From Lepidodermella squamata (lineage: Eukaryota > Animalia > Gastrotricha): 64,000 bases of DNA. Position numbers and translations under genes: made by a program. This document shows positions 11,400-23,830 of the stretch, piece after piece. Below the pieces are notes generated by a model, which did not search any database, was not told the origin of the DNA, and was given only the letters and a program-made list of their open reading frames with translations. Positions within the stretch are counted from its first letter, which is position 1; every line of letters begins with the position of its first letter. Where the stretch lies: contig JBLDXI010000050.1 of NCBI GenBank assembly GCA_047495785.1, positions 372,001 to 436,000 on the forward strand, read 5' to 3'.

Positions 11400-12675
11400 T
11401 GCTATTACCGTTAGTCATTCATGAACTATCTACTTATACAAGAATAACCTGTTACCAGAAAATCAATTCGGCTTCTTATCGCGTAGGTGTTGTGAGACGC
11501 AGCTTCTTTCCTGTACAAATGACTGGCTAAAATTTCTAGACCAGCTTCTTGACGTAGTAGTTATTTACCTTGATTTATCCAAGGCATTTGACACTGTTAC
11601 GATATTACGATAGGGTACGTAGAAGAGATTATTAGCAAGAGCATTTCGAGAGGTCCTGAGCTAAAAAGCTATATTTTTTCCTAGTGATATCGTTGTTATT
11701 AGCAAAGCTTCTTGACTTCAACGTTTGTGGTGCGCTTCTCAACTGGGTCAGATCCTTTCTTTCGGATCGCTTCTTTCGCGTGACTGTCAACTCGAAAAAT
11801 TCGGAATGGTTCCCGGTGACATCAGGGGTACCTCAGGGCTCGGTCCTGGGCCCAATATATACTGTTCCTTATATTCACATCGGATGTGAACTCGTGTATT
11901 TTGAATTCGATCATGAAATTATTTGCGGACGACACAAAATTGTACAAGGTCATTCGAAGCCTCGCTGACTGCTCCGAACTACAGGAAGACCTAAATCGGC
12001 TTATCAATTGGTTCGATACAAATGGGTTAGCTGTAAATTCGAAGAAATGCGTGGTTCTGAAAATGGGCCAGAACGAGTTTCCGTTTAAATTCGACATCAA
12101 AGGTGTGGAGCTACAGACGGTAAACTCAGTGAAGTACCTGGGCGTTATCATCGGCTCAAAACTATCACTTTCAGAACACTGTCAGTCTCTCGCCGCCAAA
12201 TGCCATCGCATCGACGGTATGATAAGGAAGTCTTTTTCTTCTAAAACTCTCCGATTCAGAGCGTATAAGACATATACGCTGTCCTGTCTGGACTTTTGCC
12301 CTGCCGTGTATTCGCCGTTTAACCTGCAGGACATCGATGACCTGGAGTCGGTACAGAAACGTTTTATCGAAGCGCATACCACAAATCGGTCGTCTTACGA
12401 AGATCGTCTGAAAAAACTGGGCTTAACGACGCTTGAAGTTCGCCGCCTCCAACATGATTTGATTTTGATGCATAAAATGTATCAGGGATTAGTTGACATT
12501 GATTTCTCTGATTTCTTTGAAATCTGCCGGAATCCTCGCCTACCTCCTCACTCCAGATGAGCGCTTGTAGAAATAACCTAAGCTATAAATTCTGCTTCTC
12601 TAGGCGTGTTCGTGCTGCGTGGAACCGTCTGTCTTCTGTTGTCGTAAGTAATTCTCATCAAGCGTTCTGCAACTA
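11400..12675 (+). mobile_element. CR1-like LINE ORF2 (RT) fragment, degenerate
   Basis: NQFGF, YLDLSKAFDTV, SGVPQGSVLGP, LFADDTK, KYLGV, LEVRRLQHDL; frameshifted, with an ~80-bp insertion near 11606-11690. Confidence 0.85.
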
Positions 12676-12880
12676 CAGTGTGTCCGCGAAATAATACGCA
12701 CCTATTTTTAGACTCTGGCGCGAGACCCCATATGATGCACTAGGCACACGATTTGCTCCAACCATCAAAACATTTTTGCTTTTTGTCGCACGCGTCAGAG
12801 AAAATAGTGAAAATTGAAAAATTGAATGAAAAAATTGAAAAATTAAAAAAACTCAACCGAATAAAAATATTTATTGAAAA

Positions 12881-14041
12881 ATGAACTTGCTTTTACTAAT
12901 ACCTTTATGTCTAATCGGTTACTCGAAGGAAGAGAGAGCCGAAATGGTAACCCTCTTCCTCGAGAATCAGAGGAACGCTAATAAAGCGGCATTATTATTC
13001 AGGCAAAGCCATCCAGGCTCAAAATGTACGCACGAAACCGTTTTGCGTCAATTCGGAAGGCATAAGAAAGGTAAACAGTTTTTACAGTGAATCCATAGCC
13101 AGTGATAACCGTGATTATTTGTAGGGGATTACTCTGATAAGAAAGCTCCGGGGAGGAATCGGACCGTCCGCACTCCAGAAAATATCGAGAAGATTTTGAA
13201 TTTTATCGAGACGAATCCGCATAGCTCAGTTCGTGGGGCCGAAAGAGCTCTCAAAATTTCAAAATCGGTTATTCATAAAGTTCTCGTGGAGCATGATTAC
13301 CATCCGTACAAGATGCAGCCGCTGCAAAAACTAAACCCCAATGATTATGAGAATCGTGCGAAATTCTGCCAGTGGCTTTTGTCGATGGGTGAAGGTTTGG
13401 ATGACTATCTATCTAATATATTGGTCAGAAATGAGTCACAGTTTCGCGTCGACGGCCTTGTTAACCACCAAAATTACCGCTTTTGGTCCAAAACTAATCC
13501 TGGTTTTGTTCAAGGCGAGAGGAATCAAGGGGCGGAGACTGTGATGGTTTGGTGTGGGATCTGGAACGATACGGTTTTGGGACCTTATTTTTACATGAGA
13601 ACAGTAACTGGAAAATCTTATCTCGATATGCTGCGAGGATATGTATGGCCTCAAATTTGCGGCACTGTGAGTGACGACACGGTTTTCATGCAAGATGGAG
13701 CACCCTCGCACTTCGCGAAAGATGTCAGGGCCTAGCTTAATGAGCACTTTACAAATAATTGGATTGGACGGGCGGGACCTTACCCTTGGCCAGCGCGGAG
13801 TCCCGACCTCACTCCCTTAGATTTTTTTTTCTGGGGCTACATAAAAATGAAAGTTTATGACGGGACACCAATCGCTGATCTGGATGACCTGAAGCAGCGA
13901 ATTATCAATGCTTGCAACACCGTAACGCCTGATATGCTGAAAAATGCTAGAAACAATTGGAAAAAACGTCTGAACATATGCTCTAAGGTCGGCGGCCAGC
14001 ATTTCGAACACATTCCGCGTAGCCAGTGGACTTTGCCGTAA
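12881..14041 (+). pseudogene. DD41D transposase with one intron (13071-13124), inactivated
   Basis: N-terminal HTH region spliced to GR..VRTPENIEK; QDGAPSH is followed 41 residues later by the D of WPARSPDLTPLDFFFWG. In-frame TAG at 13733-13735; first catalytic D appears as N (VRNES). Confidence 0.85.
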
Positions 14042-14181
14042 TTGTGAAATTATTATTCAAATGTTCTGCATCTAAGTGTGAGATGGAGTGAGGCGTGATG
14101 GAATTCGAAAAAAACTATTTGGAGAAAAAAACGCATTTAAAAATTAAGTTTCTCATTTATTAAGATTTTCGAGTTGTTCGT

Positions 14182-14650
14182 TCAGCTCATCAATAAAAGC
14201 TTGATGTTTAATTTTTTTGAACATCCGTTGAGCCTTGCTGACGATTTGACCAATGTTTCTGCCTGGGAACGCTTTTTGAACATCCGTTGAGCCTTGCTGA
14301 CGATTTGACCAATGTTTCTGCTTGGGAACGCTAATAATAAAAATTTATCTTTTCTTTGAGCGTAACATTTCAGCCGGGTTTCAGTAGGATACGCATCGGC
14401 GAGAACACACGCGTCAACAAACGGCTGCAGATCTGCCGCTTCTTCATCGGGCCAATCCTTGCAGTTAGCCATCACTAATTAATTAGTACATAAAATGTAT
14501 GAGGCATGGCAGGTAGTAATTTTGAAACCACTTACTTATTTCCGCAGCTTCCTTTGCGTCCTTGACAGGGACAGGAGCAGGAATTCCCAATTTTTGGCGA
14601 CGAGACTGAGCTTTAGGGTCAGTTGAAACTGAAGTCTTTGTCTTGGTCAT
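14182..14650 (-). CDS. Two-exon hypothetical protein (~135 aa) inside the DD41D element, convergent with the transposase
   Basis: ATG at 14650, exon 1 14650-14536 (MTKTKTSV...EAAEI), GTAAGT..TTAG intron 14535-14475, in-frame join to ORF 14475-14182. Confidence 0.55.
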
Positions 14651-15385
14651 TATTGAAGAGAAAGCGGGTACAAATTTTATAAAACAAGTACAAAAGAAAA
14701 AACAAAATCCGTGTGTATCGTGGAGATCGTTTAGATGGCATAGATCGCACGAGCCATTTTATAGTCTACTCAGCACGCGATTACAACATGTTTGTGAACA
14801 TTGCAACTCGTCTATTTTTAGGTGCGTATTATTTCGCGGACACACTGTATATTAAACATAATTCGGCTCTATTTGTGTGGAAGGTCATACAGGATGTTCT
14901 CAACTTACATGCACCTTTAACAACATCGAAACCAGCTCGCTCCGAACCTGTCGATCAATCTAAAGCGGCTAAGAACGCTTATTCAAGTCTACGAACAAAA
15001 CAGCGTATTCATCGATAAATATCGAAATATCGAAAATCGAAAATCGAAAATATCGAAAAAACAACCGTCGAAAGTATCGCCAACTTGTGACGGAAGCTGG
15101 TTCGAATCCTCGCAAACAATGGCAAGTCATCAATAATTTTCGACCTAAGAAGAAAAGAGAATCGCCTTTCAGTCACCTACTACCTAGCCAAATGAAGGAA
15201 ATGGCTAACAATTTCAATGAATTTTTCGTCAGTGCCAGTCAGAACATTGCTCAAACTATGGCTAATCGGCTATGCTTTACCAGACGTCAAACGGTTCCTG
15301 ACGAAAAGTTTTCTTTTCAGACGATCAGGATCGAGCAAGTACGCAGCGCTCTCGATCGTCTAAGTTGGAAAGCCACCACTGGCTT

Positions 15386-16283
15386 TGATGACGGGGAACT
15401 CCCGTTGTCGTAGGCCGTGTTCGGTCTGTCGGTCTGTCGGTCTGTCGGTCTGTCGGTCGTCAAGGAGGACAGTGGGGTACCTATAAAAAATAGCGGTGTA
15501 GTCACCCCATGCAGGCTGTATTCCGTTGTTAGGTGTGTCCTGAAGGAGGATAGTGGTGTACGTAAAAAAACAGACTGTCCAACTGTCGCACAACCATCTA
15601 TTATTGCTTATTTTTATTACTGAAGATTGAAAGGCGTGTTCAAGATTGCCGCAGGTGTGTATGTTTGTGTAAGGAGGATTAGTAAGTATCAAAAACATAG
15701 AGCTAGTTTTAGTTTTATAGAGTTAGTCGTAAAACTAGCTCTATGATCAAAAACAATGAGAGTGACGGGGACATGGCGTCATCAGTCGTCTATCACCTGT
15801 TTTCAACCCTCCTATGAAAAGTCTCCCGGGCACATGCAATTCGTACTGTTTTTCGGCTTGTGTGACATGACATTTTTTGGCCTACGACTAGCGGTGGTAG
15901 CACGTTCCCTAGCCCCTGACCCGCTCACGTTTGGTTACGCTACGTATGCGCTCTATTTTTACTGAGTAAGAAAATGTGACTAACACGTAAATGTTCATAT
16001 ACTTGCACATTCGTGATTTGTAGCTCATCTTGAATTGAAGCCCCCTGAGCAACGATACATTGACTTGCAAGCCCATCTCAAATAATAGCCCGGGCTACTA
16101 CGTAACTTGATAAGATGCGTGATATATAGACCCTAATGCCAATTCAACCATCATGGATCATGGGTGTGCGCGAAAACGTTATACGTAGGTTATGCATGCT
16201 TAAAGTCAGACGCGCCCGCGTGCTTGACAAAGTCACGGAGTTCCCCGTCAACTGTCAAAGGCCGCAGGCCGACAGTGGTAATT
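15386..16283 (+). mobile_element. Helentron-associated/DINE-1-like non-autonomous element, apparently full length
   Basis: 14-bp subterminal IRs tgacggggaactcc (15389-15402) and ggagttccccgtca (16237-16250), 5' hairpin, (ctgtcggt)n microsatellite, 3' stem-loop 16251-16276, T-rich ends. Confidence 0.7.
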
Positions 16284-16349
16284 GTGAGAAAGCGTCGTCA
16301 AATTGTCAAAGAATGCTATTTCGTGGTACCCTGTGGCTTTATTTAACAA

Positions 16350-17156
16350 GAGAAGAGGGCTCTACGCCCTTCGCTTGGCCGTCAAGTTTGTCGTTAGAAA
16401 GACGGCGATTATGATGGCCAACGGGCTTGTGTTTAGTCATTTGAATTACGGTGACATCACGCTGGGTCAGGCAGCGCCGAGTTCGCTAGCCAAATTGCAA
16501 TCAACTCAAGATCGGGCCATTCGTGTCATTTGCGGTGCACATCCCTTGGCTGATCCCGAACCATTAAGACGCCGTCTAGGTTGGGTCGACGTGAATCAAA
16601 AACACGCGATCCACCTTGCTACATTCATCTGGAACTGTCTACATCAGCAAGCGCCATCAATGTTGCAAACACTATTCCAATTGAACGAAGCCAGCGCGTA
16701 CGGCTTTCGTCACTTTGAGCCAATGATCAAGCCAACAGAACGCAAAGAGCGCGGTGCACTCAGTTTAGGCTACCGCGGGCCTGATTGGTGGAACCAGCTT
16801 CCGACGGCAGCACATCAAGCAGAATCAGCGCAGGAATGTCGTGAAGCTGTTTATCAGTATTGTTATTCCAATAATGCCGGCAAATTGAAATTGAATATAA
16901 ATTAGCCTTGATTTTGTCTTGTATGTATCTTATATTTTTATAAAGCTATCCAGCTTGTCAAGAATTGTTGTTGCCTAAAAATTGTTGTTACATCACTACT
17001 ACACTATCTGCACTCGTAAAAAGCAATTTTTGTTATCATTTGCCAATGTCCTATTCATCTGTAAACTGTCCTGCAATTACATGTTTCACTTTCAAATTAC
17101 CTCTTGTCAAGCTGCCCTCTTCTGGGCGTTAAAGCTTATAAATAAATAAATAAATA
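16350..17156 (+). mobile_element. 5'-truncated LINE (element B) with (TAAA)n tail
   Basis: C-terminal ORF2 segment paralogous to 17864-18592 (RRGLYALRLA, MMANG.VFS.L.Y.D); (taaa)n at ~17138-17156; AACAA on both sides (16345-16349, 17157-17161). Confidence 0.8.
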
Positions 17157-20100
17157 AACAAAATTCTACTCGAAGGAAATATCCCTCTAGTCTAAAAAAC
17201 GTCAGTTGTTTCTCCGCTCTACAAGAATGGCTCGAAAGTCGAAATTAGCAATTACCGCCCGGTGGCTATTTTGTCACCGCTATGCCGAACCTTCGAGCGT
17301 GTCATCGTGGAACAAATGAAGGCGTATCAAACGAGAACGAAGTTTCTTTCTTCTAGTCAATTCGGTTTTAGACGTTTCCACTCTTGTGACACCTGTTTAT
17401 GCAAAATTACAGAAGATTGGCGAGTTGCTATGGACCAAGATATGGCTACTGTGGCGCTTTCAATCGATCTTAGCAAAGCGTTTGACACGCTTCATCCGAA
17501 TGGCATCACTGCGTCGCTTGCAAATGCCGGGTTCGATCAGCACTCGATCAGTTTAATGGGAAGTTTTATTACCAACAGATATCAAATTACAAAGCTTAAT
17601 GGATCTTTGTTAAATAGCCTACCAGTCCAATATGGCGTTCCGCAAGGAAGTGTGATCGGACCATTACTATTTGTAATCTACGTCAACGACTTGGCTCTTG
17701 TTCCCACCTAATCAAAAATCGTCTTCTACGCCGACGACACCTCGATCTACTGCTCTAGTCAGGACATCGCAGAAGCCACGCGTCTCCTCCAGCTCGATGT
17801 TCAGAAAGTGGCAGACTGGCTCGGAAGCAACAGCTTGATGGTAACGCCAAGAAATCGCAACTAATGGTGATTGGTGCGGAAAGTGAATCGATTACTGAAG
17901 TTAGAATCATTGTGAACGACTCTTCTCTCGTGCCTTCTGACAAAATGGAGATTCTCGGCTTTATCCTCGATCGAAAACTGTTGTTTAAGGAGCAGATCGA
18001 ATCTATTCGCAATCGAGCTCGGCGTGGTCTTTACGCGCTGAGACTTGCAGCAAAATACTTGGATAGGAAAACCCTGGCAATGATGGCAAATGGTGTAGTC
18101 TTCAGCTACTTGGGCTATGCCGACAATGTCATTGCGCAGTCTGCCGACTCGAACCTGATACCGATCCAACGCATTCAAGATATGGCTGTTCGAACAATAA
18201 TGAAGGCTCCGAAGAACGCTGATGCAGATGAGTTGAGGGAAAAACTGAATTGGTTACCTATGCGAGGCAAACGCGATGTGCACCTGGCGACATTGGTGTG
18301 GCGATGTGTGAATGGCGAAGCCCCAGAAAGTCTTGTGAATCTGTTCTCTCGCAAGATGTTTGACCCTACGCAAAAAATGATGCGTAGTCAGTTCACACAA
18401 GCGCTCGTTGTCCCTAATTTAACATCGGCACAGGGTCAAAAGACTTTGGCGTATCGAGGAGCAATACTATTCAACAATCTGTCGACTGATGCACAAAGTG
18501 CTATCTCAGCTAATAGCTGCCGCCAACAAACTTACCTGGAACTCCTGAAAAAACCATTCGCTTTTTCTAATAATTCAAAAATCATTAAATAATTCACCGG
18601 AAACCTGAAACGGAACTGATACTATCATGGCACTGTGACTACTCTACTGCGGCTGCACTTTCTTTTGGGCAGGTCCCCGGAGGGGGACTGCTGTTAGTCG
18701 GAAGACCAGAGTTTTCTGTGAAGAATGCGGCAGACTTCCCTCGATTTCCTTGTTAATCTCTTAAAAATTTCTCTAACTTTTTTGAATTCTTATTTTAATC
18801 AGATTTTTTTCTTTGAATATTCAAATGTATGCAAATTAGGTCTCGCCTAATTTGGAGGAGAGACGTCCTTCTGGTCGTGCAGGGTTTACCCTCATCGACA
18901 GATTTTGTAAGTGAGAAGCGAAAACATCGACGAGAGCAGCATCGTTAATCGTTTCGCGGTTGTCGCACAGTCCTGTTTGACAACTGAGGAAGCCGTGCGG
19001 CAGAGGAGTATAACTGCGCCACACGAGAAGAAATTATTGAGGGAGGGTTCTGTTTCTAAAGGAGGTAGAAAAACAAAGCCGCGTAAGATCTACCCCACTC
19101 CGCTCGCCCTGCTCGCTCCGTTTCGCAGGTCCAATGTGAGAAGAGGAGCAGCGGAGTATTAACTGCGCCACTGGCGAGACGGTAGGCTCAGAACATCACT
19201 CCATCGGTGAGCTGTGCATAATCACACTGACAACTGATACGCAAAGAACGGTTGAGACAAGTTCCGTTTCAAAATGAGCTAGACCAACGAAGCCGCGCCA
19301 TTGTGAGAAGTCTTTCAATGATTTGGTCAGCTGAGTATTTGACTGAAAATCACTGAAGTCGTTGCAGTTAAAATAAGATTGCAGATAGCTAAAATGACTC
19401 TGATTGCGCTTCTGATTCAGAAAAGATACACTTCCAATGCCCCTTCGCCTTCAATTCAGCATTAGCACCAGCCTACGATGATCAGAGCAGAACGCCGCGT
19501 CGCTGAGGTGTGTTTTATCACTGTAACACGTATTCACACCGTTCGATAGTAGTCGATCAATTGTCCTTTAGGAAGACTTCTAATTTTCACTGATCATCGT
19601 TTCATTTGGTCAACTGAGAGTACATATATTGCTGTCACAGGACCTTGGAAGGCAGGGTTGCCGTTGTTGATTTTTGTTCAACATCCGAACTCCGAACACA
19701 TGACTTCAGATCATCTGATTTATAGAAAAAATACCCTAATGCCTCGAGCACACAGTTAATGTTTCGCTGAACTCATGCCAACTCACGTTTTATTATTATT
19801 GCTGGATTGGTGCTCCTTGAGGAATCTCCGGAGTCATCCCAGAATTATTTACTCTTTTCTCAGTGAGGATAATCACGCTGCGCTATCATTCAGTTAAAAT
19901 TAATCAGTGATTAGTGAATTCAGTGATAAATGACATGTGAGTTTCGTATCTAATAAAGAGCAAGTAATATCGGAAGAAAGCTTCTCTACGACTTAGCTAA
20001 CCTCTATTCAATACCTAGTTATCAGTAATTTTTAGTTTTGTATTCGAAAAACTATTATCAGAAGAACGTTTTTATATGATACCTAGAGCTAATTCATCCA

Positions 20101-21099
20101 AGGGTACGCATTCCGAGAGCTAACCATAATACGCATCTAAAGAGAACAGAGAAGCATAATGCTGAGAGATGAAGCCACCCTGAGAGGTCTTCGTAAATGG
20201 AATAATATTGACATCAGCCATCAGCCGCAATCCAATTAGTTTGTGTTACTTTTATTCCTCTTGAATACTCTTGAACTTCTAGATCTTCTCAGAAATTAAC
20301 CGGCTGAATTCCTTGGAGATTAATCTATCGAGCGCAATTGTGCTTCCAATTTTTATTTTGAGTTTGCATATTTTTCGTTAGAAGAGTGATAGAACCGAGA
20401 GAAATTCGGAGTTCAGAATCGTCAATAAGCCCACAAGGGTAGATGCTTTTCATTTATCATTATCCACGTTGAACGATCCTTACCAGAGCATTTAAGCTCA
20501 AGCACAGAAAGGCGCCATAAAAAGCACAGAGAGACATAAGTTGTGTTCTCTATGCTCTCAAGTTGCTCGTTTGCTAAATGAGTGTTGGCTTTGACCTTTG
20601 ACTCACTGGTATAACTTCTCTAAAACGAAGAACAAATGCACTCGCTAACTTACAGTTACTCACAGATTGCGGAAAATGCACCCTGCGTTCCTGTGGCGCT
20701 GCATGAAGTGGGTGTACATGCCATGTATGGTACGGGTGGTAGCGCCACAACTACGGAACAGGCAGAGGAGTTCTTCGTGATGTGTCCGAAAGAACGGAAC
20801 CTTGCGCTCATCTCTTACTAGACCTTTTCTATATAAAACATAAAATTCAACATGACATCCGAACGCTTGAACAACACTAAGAAATATTTTACCTTAATGA
20901 GAAATGCGCTGAGTAACTACGAATCTACGAATCTACGAACACTTGGGATGACATTTATGCAATTGAACCCGATAAAACTGGATGAAGACTCCCAATGGGT
21001 AGCTTCGACATAATAATACTAAATGTTGATACCAATAAGATTTGAGGCAAGCCTTATGAAAAAAGCCCTTGTTTAAGCTGGAAAATATAATTTTAAAAA

Positions 21100-22122
21100 G
21101 TAATTGCTCAAGAACATTTATTTGTGCAGTCACCCCAAATGCGGCTTGTCTCAAATACGTCTCGGCTTGTCGGCTTGCAGGACGCATCTTGCAGCATCTT
21201 CAATCTTGAAGTTGCGATTAGCCGAAAATCCAATTCGGACTTCCGCAATTTGATCTCGGATGATACAAAGAATCATGCCAAGATACCAAGAATCTCACGA
21301 CCTTCTAAGGCAGGGTATATCGCACAGGACATACCCGCTGGAATTTCAGGAACGGCGGATAGACCACGCCGATACTCGCTGGTGTCATACAGTTAATAAC
21401 ATGAAAAAGCTCATCGCCACGCAAGTCCTGAATGTCAAGCTACGCGGGGTTACTTGCTCAATGACACGAACACTTGACCGCTGCTGCACCCGAGAAGTCA
21501 TGAGTCATATGAACGAAATTTGTTGAGGTCTACTTATATCGTTAGCGGCGCGCCAAAACAACCACTTAGATGATTCATTCGATCGTACTTGAAGTCGCCG
21601 AACGTAATGATAAAGTACGATAGGCCATTTGAGCACTGATTTTTTTCTACTCTCGATCGTACTATCCATATAAAATCTATAAATAGTAAAGTGGTTGTTT
21701 TGGCGCGCCGCTAACGATATTTCAAGCTGGCTGATTAGTTGCCCTCCAAGCGAGCCAGGCGAAAAGAGTGAAGACGGCAGTCCGTCAAACATCTGAAATT
21801 TAGACGAAAGAATGAAACATGGGATCTAACAAATCTAACACGCCGCGCTGATCTTTGAGATTGTTAGCCTCAATTTCTAACTGATTCCCGGTTACGCAGG
21901 AGTCAGCCTTTGTCTCGTTGACGCATCGTTTCTACGTCAGTCATCTCTTACTAGACCTTTTCTATATAAAACATAAAACTCCTTTTTCTGCAAGACAACG
22001 CAAGACAATGGGACCTGCCCATTACGCCACGCTGCAAGCGCAGCGCAGCGGCGTAAGAAAATTTCACTATCGAGCTTCCTTCCTGGATATCATGCTCATT
22101 AAATAAATAAATAAATAAATAA
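21100..22122 (+). mobile_element. Possible highly decayed LINE 3' end
   Basis: (taaa)n tail at ~22100-22122 and a weak ORF2 C-terminal-like segment (FQERRIDHAD). Confidence 0.3.
21539..21717. mobile_element. MITE with TA target duplication
   Basis: ~29-bp perfect TIR tcgttagcggcgcgccaaaacaaccactt flanked by TA on both sides. Confidence 0.75.
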
Positions 22123-22754
22123 AAATGTGACATCTGCGGCGAGGCGCCTCGAAATCACATACTGCTGATCATCAATTTACCATTTGCTAACTGTTCATTA
22201 CGATTTGCAAATACAGGGTGTTTCAGAACTTGCGCACTAAAATAACCTGCGGCAAATGGTTGCCTTGGTATCCAGAATAAACGTGCGCGCGCTGCGCATA
22301 CATTCCGCGCACATAATATGTTTATATTCATGCATAGTATAAGGCGCGGCTAGCGCAAACGGTAATGCGTGTAATGCGTATATGCTATGTAGTTGGCGTT
22401 AAACGTCCCATATGGCGTGCAAGCGGTATGCGTGCATTATAACATGCGCAAATCGAACTCGTATATACCGTAACGCTGCTGCAGTAATGGGGATATCGCT
22501 AGGAAATAAGACTTGCTCTTGCAAAATATCTGGAAATTTGCCGATTTCTCAATGAAGAAACCTCCAACAGGACAGGTTCTTAATGCGGCTATGAATAAAT
22601 TTCGAGTTTGCAATACAAATATGATGAAAATTATTCCAGATAATGTGATTTTTACGCCGTTGCTGTTGTTTTATTCCATGAATTTGATTTCACTTTCATT
22701 CACTCTTGAAAAGAGCAGTAAAAATTGAGAAGAATTGAAAAAAGTCGTGAGAAA

Positions 22755-23830
22755 AGGTAATGCCGGGTGAAACCCGGTACTATACTGTCGAAATTGCCTG
22801 TCCGTCCGTCCGTCTGTCCGTCTGTCCGTCGTCCGTCCGTCTGAAGCCGCGCACGCGCGCACTTGACCCGCACACCTTCAATAAAATACCCTGCGCGCAC
22901 AAGAAAAATAATAGCGATGGCACGCACATTTATTTCTTCGAAATTTTTCGATTGCTCCACATCTACGATGAATTTTTTTATGCGGTTTTCAGCAAATGAT
23001 AGGTCTAGTCCAGTGGTTCTCAAACTAATTTCGCTCCCGGTCAAAAATGGCGGCCGGATGGCGACCTTTCCGGCCGCATTGTCTCTTGAACCCTCAACCG
23101 GCCGCGTGTAATGATGAAATAGGGCCTTCCCGGTCGCACGCCTCTATAAAATCGAGAATTAAAGTTTTCGAGTGCGCTTTTGAGCGAATTGGTTATTAAA
23201 TTAGGGTTTTGACAGTGGTTCTTGACAGCATTTCTACGCGACCCATGATTGGCCATTCAACTGAAGTCACTACCCACCACTCTCAAAAAGTGAAAGAAAT
23301 TTTATGTAATATTTTGGCCTCCAAACTCCAAACCCGTACATTAATAAACCTTTGCAAGCGAAGCGAGCTTTAGCTGACAATATTTTTCCATAATTCTTTC
23401 TGAAATTGGAAATTGGGCTCAAAATGCGTTACAAGTGAGTGTTTCTCGATGCGGTGGTTGGTATTCAATGCTAAAAGTCAATATAATAACGATTTGAAAG
23501 TGAATCAGCGAGCGAAGCGAGAAACGTTTAAAAAATTCATCATTCGGATACGTCGAATTTTTGCTGGAAATGTGGACAAATTAGGTGAAACCTTGGACTA
23601 TTCCTCTCGAAAGAGCCGTCCGGCCGCACGCAATGCAAGAGATAGGCGGACCTCTGCCGGCCGGAAAAACGGGGTTTGAGAACCACTGGTCTAGTCTGTG
23701 GTCAAAATTCCAGAAAATCTTGTTCTAAAATGATGTGGGCAAAAAAACTGGCAACGAAATGCGATCATAGCATTTCTTCGTTATTAATAATAAACATCGG
23801 CATAAAATCGGCGATAGTTAACTGTTGTTA
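22755..23830 (+). mobile_element. Second DINE/Helentron-like element (different family), 3' end uncertain
   Basis: 5' hairpin ccgggtgaaacccgg followed by a (gtcc/gtct)n microsatellite at ~22798-22842. Confidence 0.45.
23011..23688. mobile_element. hAT (Charlie/Buster-like) non-autonomous element
   Basis: 15-bp TIR cagtggttctcaaac; 8-bp TSD gtctagtc with central TA (23003-23010, 23689-23696). Confidence 0.9.

Larger units (their letters stand above)
12676..14847 (+). mobile_element. Tc1/mariner superfamily DNA transposon, DD41D (rosa/Visitor-like)
   Basis: Perfect 29-bp TIRs cagtgtgtccgcgaaataatacgcaccta; TA on both sides (12674-12675, 14848-14849). Confidence 0.92.
14880..18600 (+). mobile_element. 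L2/CR1-group LINE ORF2 (element A), interrupted by two younger insertions
   Basis: Pieces ~14880-15385 (NNFNEFF...KATTGFD), ~16285-16349 (ESVVKLSKNAISWY..LFNK) and 17162-18592 (NYRPV, QFGFR, DLSKAFD, GVPQGSVIGP, YADDT) read as one collinear RT. Confidence 0.8.

Noticed and set aside
18830-20800. Moderately GC-rich stretch with short ORFs
   Set aside because: No recognisable motifs or termini; possibly a decayed TE but not supportable.
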